A stretch of 63,599 bases of DNA, counting the filler, from Basidiobolus meristosporus CBS 931.73 (Eukaryota > Fungi > Basidiobolomycota): the NCBI GenBank assembly GCA_002104905.1. It is 4 parts of 4 records of this genome, joined end to end, with 100 filler letters (N's around TTAATTAATTAA, not from the genome) between each part and the next. Parts side by side here need not be neighbours in the genome. Positions count along the whole stretch, not along the records: positions 1 to 13,310 come from MCFE01001209.1; positions 13,411 to 33,422 come from MCFE01001016.1; 2 more parts are not named here. One strand, written 5' to 3'. The notes below the pieces were generated by a model. That model had not been told where the DNA came from, did no database searches, and worked only from the letters and a program-made list of their open reading frames with translations. Position numbers and translations under genes: made by a program. How positions within the stretch are numbered: the stretch's first letter is position 1; every line of letters begins with the position of its first letter. Of this stretch, positions 9,888 to 21,580 are shown in pieces.

Positions 9888-12800
9888 CTAATCTTGATGT
9901 GCAAAATTCCTATGCTTGAATAACTTAAGTCGATTTCCAGCAACTGGTGCTCTCAACTGGGTGTTGTCAAGCTCAGATATGTAATAACTTCCATTTCCAA
10001 TTACTTTGGAAATGAGGTAGGGGCCAGTCCATTTGTTGTCAAACTTCCGACTCCATTGCTTGTCCAAGGTAGAATCATAGAGTAATACTGGGTCTCCTAG
10101 TGATAGTGGTTTTGGCCTTGTTGGGTGTGATTTGTCAAAGGGCACCTTGTTCTTTAGTCGTGTGTCCTTAAGTTGTTCAGCAGCTCTGCTAATATTCAAG
10201 TCATGGTGATCAAGTTGCTGTATGCGAGTTGCAAGGAGGTCTTCAGTCTGCATGTTGGATCTCCAATTCAATGAGCTCCAAGTGACTGTGTTTAACTCAA
10301 CTGGTAGTATGCAGTCATGTCCATAGAGTAGCTTGAATGGCGATAATCCAGTTGTTCTCTTGGTAGTAATTCTATCTGCCCAGAGTGCTAGATGTAATTG
10401 CTGTGGCCACAGTGTTGTGTTATTCTCACAAGTCTTGACAAGAGAGTTCACCAATGGTCCATGTCCTCTCTCTATCATTCCATTGGCTTGAGGGTGGTAA
10501 GCTGTTGTAAAAGCAATGTGTATCTTGTACTTTGAGCACAACTCCTGGATCATTTGGGATGTCATCTCTCCTCTGTCAGCAACAAACTGCCGGATGCAGC
10601 CAAATCTGCAGATAATGTCTTCAAGTATAAATCTCCATATGGTATGGCTCTTGTTGTTGGGCAGGGCTCGAGCCTCTGCCCATCCACTAAGGTCATCTCT
10701 AGCAACAATCAGGTACTTTTTTGATCCAGCTGTTGGCATGTGGACAAGGTCAATGCCAACCTTTTGCCACAGACAGATTGTGTAAGTAGGATGCAGTGGT
10801 TCTTCATAACGCTTGGAGGATCTCTTCTGGCAGGCTACACATGACTCAACAAAGTGTTGGATATCATAGTACATGTTTTCCCAGTAGTACCTCTGAGCTG
10901 TAGTGTTGTATGTGGCTTCTCGTCCTCTATGTCCTCCTGGTTCTCCTAGGTGGATACTTGTCATGATGTTCAGTTGCTCTTGAGGGGTAGTGACTACTCT
11001 TCTTGGCATAAGTCCAGGTTTCACTTGCTTAAAGAGAAGATCATCTTTAAGATAGTAGTGGTGTGCCTTCTTCCTGAGTTTTCTAAACTCCTGAATATCC
11101 ATCCAACTAGGTTTCTTAAGTGTCCTTAGATATTCCTTGATCAGACTCCAGGTAGTTCTCTCTTGGTCTTTGATGGCAATCTGTCGGATCTCTGCATCAA
11201 TAATATCATCAAAGTGAGGGTCCAAGTCTTCAAATAATTGTGGTCCCTTCCTGGAGAGTGCATCAGCCACAACATTTGTCTTGCCAGGGATATGTTTGAC
11301 CTCAAAGTCAAACATTTTCAGCCATGCCATCCATCGGTTTGTGGCATCATCAGGTAGGTCAGGCTTGTTGATCATTCCTATAAGTGGCTTGGCATCTGTC
11401 TCCAGGATAAAATGTGTCATGTAGAGTTGTGACTTCAGTTTCCTCAGCATCTTCACAACTCCTAGTAGTTCTCTCTTAATCTGTGAGTATCTTTGCTCTC
11501 TAGGAGAGAATAGGCAGCTCTCATATCTGCAGGCATAGCGGTTGCCATCTTCATCATCTTGTCCAAGTAGTGCTCCAGCTCCTATAGGGCTTGCATCCAC
11601 TGTCAATATAGGTGGGCATTTTGTGTTTTGATAGTCAAGAGGTCTTAGAACTGGTGGAGATACTAAGGCCTCTTTCAGTAACTGCATGGCTTCTTCTTGC
11701 TCTTCTCCCCAGATAAATGGGGTATTCTTTCTCTGTAGTCGGTAGATTGGTTCTGCTATCTCAGAAAGTCTTGGGATCCAGATCCTAAAGAACCCACAAG
11801 CTGCCACAAAGCCACGAGCTTGTGTTAGATTTGTGGGGGTAGGCCAGTTGCATATCTTTTGTGTCTTGGAATCTCCAGGTGAGCGACCAAAGGTATTGCA
11901 TTTTTGTCCAACAATGGATATCTCTGATACACCAAAGCTGCTTTTCTCACCACTGATGGTGAGTCCAGCTTCTTCAATGGCTCCTAATATGGCATCATTG
12001 TCTGAAATACGATCATAGACAAACTTTCTGACTCCAGGCATGACTTCAGTGGTGTCCCGGGTTTTTGGTCCTTTGATGCCTATGTCATCAACAAAGACAG
12101 CAAGTTTCTCAGGTATAAACTGATACAGCACATTTACCATGCATCTCTGGAACTGAGCCACGGAGTTTGTAGCCCCTTGACTGAGTCTTGTCATCCTTAA
12201 CAGTCCAAATGGTGTCTGTAGTGCAAACATATCTCTTGATGTCTCATCAAGGGGAATCTGGTCATATCCTGAGTAGAGATCATATGTTGAGTAGATGGAG
12301 TGGCCACTAAAGCTTTCTGCAAAGTCATCAATAGATGGAGGTATAGCAGCATCTCTGATAGTGACAGCATTTGCAGGTTGCATGTCTTGAATGAATCGGA
12401 GCTTTCCATTCTTCTTTTTGGTCACAAACCATCTGTTAGCATAGGGTCCATGGCAAGGTTCTAGGATACCAGCTTCTATCTTCTTCTTAAGTAGGTCATG
12501 CACATCAGCTTGGAGTCCTCTGGGCAGTGGGTAAGGCTTAAATGACCAGGGTGTGTGGGGCACTGTATGAATCTGGATAGGTTTTTCAACCGATGTCTTT
12601 AAGAGTCCCATCTCCTTGTCATTATATGAGAAGACCTTATCATGCCTTTTCAAGGTCTCCTTGAATAATAGTATCTCCTCTGGTGTTAGGTTTCCATCAC
12701 CAATGATAAGTTGCTTAAGTCTCTCAGGTGTAAGTCGTATATTATCTGATGTTTCTTCTGGTGGTCTAATGTAATCAGCAGGTCAAGATCCATCAGTCAG

Positions 12801-13310
12801 TGGGGTAAGTGATGGTCTAATCTTCTGTTCTACTGTCTTGTATTTTGTTCAAACCATAGCTGTTTGCTCCTGTATACCTAATGAGCAGCTCCAAATGTTG
12901 GGGTGTATATTGTCAGGCTCTTCATCTTCTTCCATAACAAGATGTGCCTTCTGGCAAGCAGTATGTGTCCTCTTATTGTTGGGTGTTACACCACAGAAGG
13001 TTGACTGCAGTCCTGGATTGGATCCTTGTATGGTGTACCATACTGACCCACTGGAATAGTTGGTAGTTGTAGCCTTAGTACTGGTTTCCCATGGTCTACC
13101 TAGCAGAAGGTCAAAGTTTGCCTTCTGGCAGATGAAGAGGGGAGGCCAGACCTTGATTCCTTGTACCTCAATAGGGAACTTGTGCACTACACCGTAGAGT
13201 GGACTAGATCCTGAGTTTGCATCAGTCATGTTCCATCCAATATCTCTATCAACAGGCAGTAGCTCCTTGCTTCTAAGTGTCTTCCAGAAGTCTAGCGGCA
13301 TAACACAAAT
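9888..13310 (-). pseudogene. Ty3/gypsy pol (protease C-terminus, RT, RNase H, integrase), 5' end lost at the contig gap, two in-frame TGA stops
   Basis: RT VFVDD, RNaseH TVDAS, integrase HHCC plus GIDLVH/ADRG/GMIERG and GPY; ORFs 12849-13301 and 9888-12653 share a frame with TGA at 12849-12851 and 12783-12785. Confidence 0.9.
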
Positions 13311-13410
13311 NNNNNNNNNNNNNNNNNNNNNNNNNNNNNNNNNNNNNNNNNNNNTTAATTAATTAANNNNNNNNNNNNNNNNNNNNNNNNNNNNNNNNNN
13401 NNNNNNNNNN
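13311..13410. other. Artificial contig spacer (N44-TTAATTAATTAA-N44)
   Basis: Six-frame stop linker; identical spacers at 33423-33522 and 54995-55094. Confidence 0.97.
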
Positions 13411-14420
13411 AATAGCAGGGTTAGAGGCTCATATTAGATGTGAATTGTATATGATGCAATGTTTGAAGAGTGATAGATTTGACTTGGTAGACCAAGCTTG
13501 CATGTATAAGGAGTACCAATAAAGCATTGTTCTTTTACAAGAACTTGCTATAATTGGTGATAGGAATGCTGTGGATATTGTGGTTGCTTAGTTTACACCT
13601 AGATCATGCGTAAATTTTATAATTACACCTGAATAATGAATTGACTTGGTCACTTAGATCACATTCTATGAATCTTGGGATACCTTGCCCAGACTCATGT
13701 CAGGATTTACTTGGAGTCATATGCCAGAATATGAGGTCCCCAGAACATGAAAATTGACAAGTCTTCCAAGACTATCCAAAAGCATAACCATCACTTTTAC
13801 ATTCAATTAATCACTAAGTGAAAACCACACAATCTACTTGCTCTCCCATGTTGTAAAAATTCGGAATTCCACCTAAATATTCACCTAACTTAGTCACTTA
13901 GATCATTACCTTCAAATCCTAGAGAATACTGACCAGATTCCTTGTCGGGATTTACTTAGAATATTTACCCAGAACATGAAAATTAAATAAGTTGTCCAAA
14001 CAGCCCCAAACTTTGCACACATGTTCTTGGAACCTTCCTTAACCTATTCTCCGTGTTTGTAATGCCAAGACCATGTAAAAGTATAAATGCTACTTTTACA
14101 TTCAATAAATCATTAAGTGAAAACCACATAATCTACTTGTCCTCCCAATCACTTCCAATATCTCCAAGACTCTTACAACAAATCCTTGTCGGGATTTACA
14201 ATTTCGAGTTAATATCTAATGTTCTGATTACTTGACACTTTGGTGAAAATATTCCAAGTTGTCTAAATGCCCAAGCTTTGTACACATGTTCATAGGACCT
14301 TCCTTGTGAAAGTATATATACCACTTCTACATTCAATGAATCATTGTGAAACCGCATATGCTTCCTGTTCTCACAATCAATTCCAAAATCTCCAAGACTC
14401 TCACAACACATCTACCCCTA
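13411..14420 (+). repeat. Stacked copia LTR fragments including one complete LTR at 13849-14180
   Basis: TGTTGTAAAA...CTTACAACA; shares CCCCAAACTTTGCACACAT and TTAGTCACTTAGATC blocks with the other copia LTRs; no matching TSD. Confidence 0.75.
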
Positions 14421-15002
14421 AGAGAGATTTAGGCTTTGTTTTGTGGTCATTCCACTCCACATATAATCCAAGTAGGTGAGTTGGATTCTGGCTGGTCTTC
14501 ATATGATGTTTGGTTGGTGGTCACCAGAAACTTCTGTTGGACTACCCTCGTAAAATATCTAGCACGATACCTAACCATACACTCTCGCAGGTTACAAGCA
14601 TTCAGGTCAGCCAAAAATCAGAAAAATCAGGGAAAGTCAATTTATAATATCCTAGACTTTCATATTACTAGGGAGATATGCAAACACAAACAGATTCGTG
14701 CGCATATATAAGTGCACTTCATTTATTTCCATCACCAATCCATTGGTGAATGGAGATATTCGGACAATGCAAATAGTGTGAATAATGCGTGAACTGCGCT
14801 TGATAATCAGCAAAGGCACTCGGGGGAGCAGCATGGCGATGAGAGGGGTAGAACAGAGTGGATTGGGATATTGGTGCCACGGTTACCATAAATGATAGGG
14901 GCGCTGCCGCATACTGACCTCTGGCAGAATGGGATTTCTTGGGGAATTTACAGGATGCGAACGGGCAACTTCACGACGACAAAAAAATTAACCTAAGTAA
15001 TG

Positions 15003-16358
15003 CTAAAAGATGGTGCGATGAACGTTCTCGGCTGATGATCCGGCGCCAGACTGAGAATGGATGTGGGTACTGTGCGAGCATTCACCGTACGAGTAAGAGG
15101 GCGGGGGTGTGGCGTGTTCCATGGGGATAGTAACTGCATCTTTCAAAGCCGGCTGTGGATGAGCGTCTATTGCCCCGTAAGAGATGGGTTGGTCGGTGTT
15201 CAGGATAGAGGCGCGCGAGCTTTCTCCAAAGATGGATCGCCGCAAGTCTGCATTCGAATGGATCGACAACCTGATGGAGGCCAACTCTTGCTCAGTTAGC
15301 GCGCTTCCGGACTCCAGGAGGAGGGAATCCCTTTCAGAGCCGTAGGCTGGGGGAGGAGAGAGATTTCCTACAGAAGGAGCTAGTCCCCACTTTTTCACGT
15401 TCGCCTCGATAAAAACGAACCCCATTTGCCCGAAATTCACGTGTAGAATGCACGGTCCGTCAGCCGCGATGGTGGGGAAAAAGTTCAGATGGGCCCCAGT
15501 CACTGCACTTCCAAGCTTTACTCCGTTGCGAGTGAAGAAAACTGTACCCGTTTGTGTGCGATATCCACATCCGATGACGTCTCCTTTGTAGTAGGGCACG
15601 CCATAAGGCTTTCCATCAAACGGATCATTCGAGTACTTGCGGCCGTTGGAGTGGTACCCTATAGAATGTCTGTTGCGACCTGCCAGGAGCGACGTTAGGA
15701 AACAGATTCAAGAGTGACTCAACGTTACGCAAAATAAATATTCACCTGGAAAACGCCAGGAAGGGTATGGCTTGGTTGAGAGTCCGATCCCTATTCGAGT
15801 CTTGGGTATTTTCTCAAATACCTTTACTTCGAAGTAATATACAGGGTCTCGCTTGGGAAGTGGCAAGTTGGTCTGTACACAATATTCTCCGCCATAGAAC
15901 GAAACCTCCGTACGGTCCTGCACAATAATATTTACATCGGAATCCGCCTCAAATTCCCAGGCCTTGACTCCCTTCTCTCTAATAATAGCTGACTGTTCAG
16001 AAGTCAACTCGGTTGATACGCTGCAAGGTGGAAAGGCGGTTTCGAATGCACGAGATAGTTCAAAGCTTTGCCGTTCTGGTTCAGGCAGAGTTTCCGCATT
16101 CATGCCGGTATAATCCGCTTCGGTTAGCAATCTATCTGTTTCATCACTGTCGAATGCCAGTGATTGAGAGAGTTGGGGCATTATGTGATATTTACAGCAA
16201 ATAGCCACCATAACGAGTATAACAACGGCTACAAAGGAAACGATCGAGATGGTCCATGCTGTATATTGATCCATTGCCTCGACTCTATGAGGCCAACAAA
16301 TTAAGCAAATGAACGGCATTAGCCACCTAGATGAAGGGGTAGTAAAGCCGGTCTTCAT
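15003..16358 (-). CDS. SSH4: SPRY-domain membrane protein, Ssh4/Ear1 family (2 exons; intron 15680-15745)
   Basis: N-terminal TM helix WTISIVSFVAVVILVMVAICC; SPRY motifs VQTNLPLP, YYFEVK, PYPSWRFPG|RNRHSIGYHSNG, GDVIGCGY; PY-like PPPAY; start codon uncertain. Confidence 0.8.
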
Positions 16359-17230
16359 CGCAATATCCCGATACAATAGGTAGCTATCGAATGAAACGTG
16401 CTGTTGCTTTAATCTCAACTATAAATGAAGTCTGTAGGCCACAAAGCAAATTGGGAGGTTATTGTTGGTCAAGAGATGGCGGATTTTGGAAAGGTGGAGA
16501 GATTCTCAACGTCCAACAGGTGGATATAAATTTACTATATAAATCTTAAATTCCGATCAATTAATTCCGATGATTACACGATGGTGACTGAATGGAAAAA
16601 TTTCCTCTCATCCTGGCTTTAGCTAAATCAAACCTAACCCACATCTCCACTGGCTAAAGGGTTAGTGGGAGCGTTTGTGTGATTACGTTGGTAAGACAAT
16701 GTGATGGAGTTGTTGAAGGTTTATTCAGGTGTTACAAGTAAGCCAGTTAGCTTGGAATCTTCTGATTCACCGTTACAAGCCAGTTAGCTCGAAATCTTCT
16801 GACTCTCTGGGATCATTGACGTGTTCGGTTATTTGTTCCTTGCGCTCTGGCACATGCATTGTGAAAGCGTCGTCTGGATGATTGTTCTCGCATCGAGGAT
16901 CATAAGTAGATGCTACAAGAGTAGGTGAGTCCATTTCCTTGGTGATTATCGCTAGTGATCAGGCCTGTTTGGATTGCTTTTATATGGTCCGTTCTCACCC
17001 ACGCATGTATACATACACATATGTCTCGTATGCAGGCTAAATTATAAAATCATCTATGTTCCATCCCATTAACTCTGTTTCATACATCTGAATCTGCGGT
17101 TTATAGCGGTTGTAGGTATAGTTGCCGATGCAAGATTCAAATCCCATGATCACGTGATGAATCCCCTTTAAATATCCATCTGTGCGCTATGGTTGCTCTG
17201 TTGAACTTGTTGAGCGGTTTCGTTGGGAAG

Positions 17231-19390
17231 ATGCCGGGCATGACACACTTTAAGACCAATGTTTACGAATACCTGGAAACTTTGCCAACCCAGACCTTCA
17301 ATAGATTATTCTTGAAACCTGCCACATGTTTGTCCATTTTCAGGTTGGAAGATATACTTTTCATATCATCCAGTGTACTAGCTCAGTCTGCATTGCTGGA
17401 GATCTTCGAGGACACTCTTAAGGGTTCATTTTTTGGCACCTGAATAACTCATCCTTTGATCGTAGATTACTACCTAGTTTAGCTAAACAATTTGTCATGG
17501 CAATGCTGTATGTTGAAGAGCCAATTTCTTTGCAAGATTTTAATGGATGGTGTTACACTGAGGCAGCTACGTAAGTAAACTTCCGTCTATATGGGTGCCT
17601 TCCAATCCAGAGGAAACATTTCGATAACCGTTTCTGTGTCTGTTCCTGATCCGTACGCTAGAAAACAAAAGGAGAGCTTAGAGAAACTTTCCAAACTTCA
17701 CATTCTAACCGAGAAAGAGGGTTTACTTTATATGAGCGACACTTTCCGCGAACATTTTAGAAATGCTTTGACTGGAGGGTAACAAAACTTGATTCCCGTA
17801 AATGGATGTCTTTTTGCCCAACAGAGCTTTATTGATCTTGCTTTTCTCCCATCATTCTTTCTATAGTGGAAACCATCAAAGCTTCGGTTTGCTCTCAGCC
17901 ACCCCCGATAAACACAAAGTGGATATATCATTCTTAGACACATATGCAACACAGCAGTGGGAGGTATTTGCAGCATTGTGCTGAAATCCTATGGTATCGT
18001 GAATTTACTCATGTTCACGACCCAGGCAATTCTCCATTATATGGTTGGAACATCGGATACAAAAAAGCCTAGCAAAGGTGTCCTTAATCTACTAAGACGC
18101 TCCGGATTGATGGCGCTAAGGTATCGACAGGCCTCTTTCCAAGAATTATCCATAGAGAGACTGACGTTTTCATAGTGGTGATGGCCAATCCAATATGAAA
18201 ATCTCCAACAAAGGTTTCCAGTTTCTATTACAAGACGTAAATACTCAGGTGTGGGCGTTTCTGCTGCAATACCTCGATATGGCAGAAGTAAGAAGCTTCG
18301 TAGGCATGCACGCATTATTTATTACTTAACTGATGGAATCTTTAGAAACTACAAATGGATTTGGTGGAGGTTTTGAACTTCTTTTTCCAACTGGGCAGCC
18401 TCGAGCTGGGCAAGGTACGTATGCCTCCTCCCTCAATATCTATCATAAGAGTAATTAACCATGCTTTTGGCAGGACTATTCCACCGAAACACTTACTCCC
18501 ACTCAAGTACAAATGTTGGAGGATCTTAGAGATTATGGAATAGTATACCAACGCAAGGTAAGTGACGAGAACGCCAGATTGATATTCTTTTGTATTGACG
18601 CATTGCTATAGAAAGGATCCCGTCGTTTTTACCCCACAAGGCTCGCCACCTCTCTCACAGCAGGGAATGCTTCATTCAATAAGAAGAAATCCGACCAAGA
18701 GACCGAAACTGGGTTTATTATTCTAGAGACAAATTATCGCCTATACGCTTATACAGGTTGCGCGACATTAAGAATTGATGCAAAGAATGCTCACTCATAC
18801 CGATCTTAATTAGAGTCACCTCTCCAAATCGCAGTCTTGAATCTGTTCGTGCATCTGAAATGTCGCTTCAAAAATATGGTCACTGGTGCGCTCACACGAG
18901 ATAGCGTCCGTGCTGCATTGGTAAACGGGATCACAGCCGATCAGATTATTGCCTACCTTAGCACACATGCGCACCCCCAAATGCGTAAACAAGTCAGTTA
19001 CTGAATAGCGTCGTGAATAGCAAGTGACCCATTGGACTAAGTGACTCTTCAACCATTAGGTTCCACTCCTTCCTGTTACAGTTGTAGATCAAATTCGCTT
19101 ATGGGAGATGGAGCGTAATCGGGTTGCAGGGACGAATGGTTAGTTGATTGGTTGAATCTATGGGCCATTTGCCACATTCTAAGCCATTCTTTCCAGGCTA
19201 TCTTTATCAGCAATTTGTCAGACAACAAGACTATGATGTGGTGTACAGGTATGCCAATGAGATTGGAGTTGTACTGTGGGCGAACTCACGTAAACGCCTT
19301 ATGGCGGTGACCTCAGACGGCCATATCCAAGTCAAGGCGTATATCAAACGTCGTATGAGCAAGGGAAACCCTGGCAACGACAATGAATGA
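17231..19390 (+). CDS. TFB2: TFIIH core subunit p52, multi-exon
   Basis: PATCLSIFR|[79 protein letters not shown], separated by GT-AG introns. Confidence 0.92.
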
Positions 19391-19897
19391 GTAAAGCAGC
19401 TATCGACAATGATTAATAAACATAGGACAAAGTGTATATTGTCGAGTCATGTATCCTAGCAGTACTTAGTGCCCCTGAATATACCTTACCACGATCGTTA
19501 CCCAGTGCTGAATTCAGCGTGGTATTGGAGGAGTTCTACAGATAGAATGGGTGTGTATGCGCGCCCCTGTAAGTGATATAGCTTATTATTTCTCCTGCTT
19601 TTCCTATCCTGGGCCTGTCAATCAGATCAGATGCTAAATGTAAATGCCGATTTCTACCTCCATCTCATCAAAGGAGGAGGGCTACTCCTGCAGGCAGATA
19701 GATGTATGTCCTGGAGGCGATATGCCAATAGTGGATTGAGAGGAAATTTCCTATTTTTCGTGATTGACCGATTTATTTACACATCAATGGTCTGATAAAT
19801 TAGTGGAAGTACCCTTCTAGCTAGGTGAGATTACAATTTACATAGAGCGAGAGTTTGCTTCGGCTCAGAGAACAACTGCTGCCAACAATACTCGAGT

Positions 19898-20224
19898 CTA
19901 CTTCCAGTAAGTTGTAGTTTGTTTTTGCAGGTAGCCCATCATTCCATTGTATCGTTTGTGAAGTCTGTGATGGTAGTCATGCACCCGTTTGTCCTTCTTA
20001 TGGTTGAAACCAGTTGAAAGAGCTCTATCGATTTCAAGCTCCAAGTCCGACTCTTCGCATATGCTTTCTGGGGGAGAAGGTGACATCTGGGTGGGAGATA
20101 GGTGGAAGGATTTTCCAGTCAATTGCCCAATGGTGGCTTCAAATGAGTGCGGAATCTCTTGCAATGGGAGAGGTGGGGAAGATTGGCGTTTGGATAAAAA
20201 TGGAGGACAAGGCTGCTCATTCAT
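19898..20224 (-). CDS. Small hypothetical protein, 108 aa, Ser/Pro-rich
   Basis: ATG preceded by an A-rich leader and TATAAATAGG about 47 nt upstream; no family recognised. Confidence 0.45.
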   Translation of the reverse strand: MNEQPCPPFLSKRQSSPPLPLQEIPHSFEATIGQLTGKSFHLSPTQMSPSPPESICEESDLELEIDRALSTGFNHKKDKRVHDYHHRLHKRYNGMMGYLQKQTTTYWK

Positions 20225-21580
20225 ATTGGTTGTAAATTTTGTTTGGTATGCGGTGAGGAGCCAAGGGCAGCCTATTTATAATTGGTATTGAGATGCGGGC
20301 TTACTTGGCCTGTGTTACCAACCAACGTTTGAGCCAATCTCTTTTGAGTACAGCTTCTATCACAACTTTGGTAAGCGTACAATCAGTCAAGCTAACCCCA
20401 GCAATACAATGCCCGGATTCCATGACATCATTTACACGAAAGTGCTTATTGTGCGACAGAGTTAATTGGCTCCTTGCTTGACCTCGATTGTGCACTTTTT
20501 TAGATGGGCACGCTAACCATGATCTCGCAGTAAGTCCGAAGCTATTATAGAGATGTCTAGGGAGCCCGATGAATCAGACTCAAGTGACTAGATAGCACAA
20601 ACAATTGGTGAGGGAAGTACCAAGATCAGCGGCCGGTTCCCAACTCTTGATTGTTGCTTATGCACATCAATCTGTGTATTGTACTTGCATTCAATAGATG
20701 ACTTGCCCAAAGTGACCCTACTCATACCCCTCCTCGATCTGCCAAACAAGCCCATCGCAATGGGTGATGCAATGCTTTTGTAAGTGTCTGACGATTTAGT
20801 ACAAATATATCCTTTGTGTCACTATAAAATCTAACCCTGTTGCTTATTGTATTGATCCCAACGAGTCAATAGCTCCCAGCGTGGACACCAGATGTATCAT
20901 GAATGGTGCTGTTCCTCAACTTCTCATGGGTAGTGCTTTTCCTCAGCTTCTTGTGGACTGCTTTTTATCGGTTACCTTGTCTGCTATCCCGAGTGATGTG
21001 CAGCGTGCTTGTGCTGGTGCTTGTGCTGGTGCCGGAAAAACGAACGTGTAATCTTACTATTAAGTACTTGTCACTGATTACCGCTATTATAATCGTCATC
21101 CCAATGATCGGATTCGAACATCTCATTTAATATAGTTGCTTCTCGTAGCTATTGAGGAAATCTTTTAGCTTTGTACGCAACACAATGATGTGTTTCTGTT
21201 CAACTAATGAATCGTAGGGTATTTCAAGTTCCCAAATCCATTTATAATGAGTATGGCTAACAAAATTGCTGTTGTGAGGTTGTTCTGTATGGAACATTGT
21301 TTTCATCTAGTGATATATTTCTCGGCCTCATATTAACTCGAATATCCGCCTGGAAGTAGAATGAGATGATTAGCAGAGATTTGCAATCCCCTTGGTTAGG
21401 TCTGATATATCTGCTCTAGTTAGCTTACACAGTACAAATACATACTGACCAAAATCAAAATCCAATAATACATCTTATATTTCTTGTGAGCTCATCGAGA
21501 TGGGATGGTTTTGTATAATTCTGATCAAACTGTTAATGGAGTTACAGGAAGTCTACAATATTAATTAATTCTAACTGTTG

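Noticed and set aside
13311-13410. TTAATTAATTAA palindrome between N runs (also 33467-33478 and 55039-55050)
   Set aside because: Artificial six-frame-stop linker; adjacency across these gaps has no biological meaning
16731-16802. Roughly 33-bp imperfect direct repeat in the SSH4-TFB2 intergenic region
   Set aside because: Two copies only; consistent with a local slippage duplication
20891-21130. Cys-rich micro-ORF candidates downstream of a TATA-like box
   Set aside because: Several incompatible splice and frame solutions; none supported
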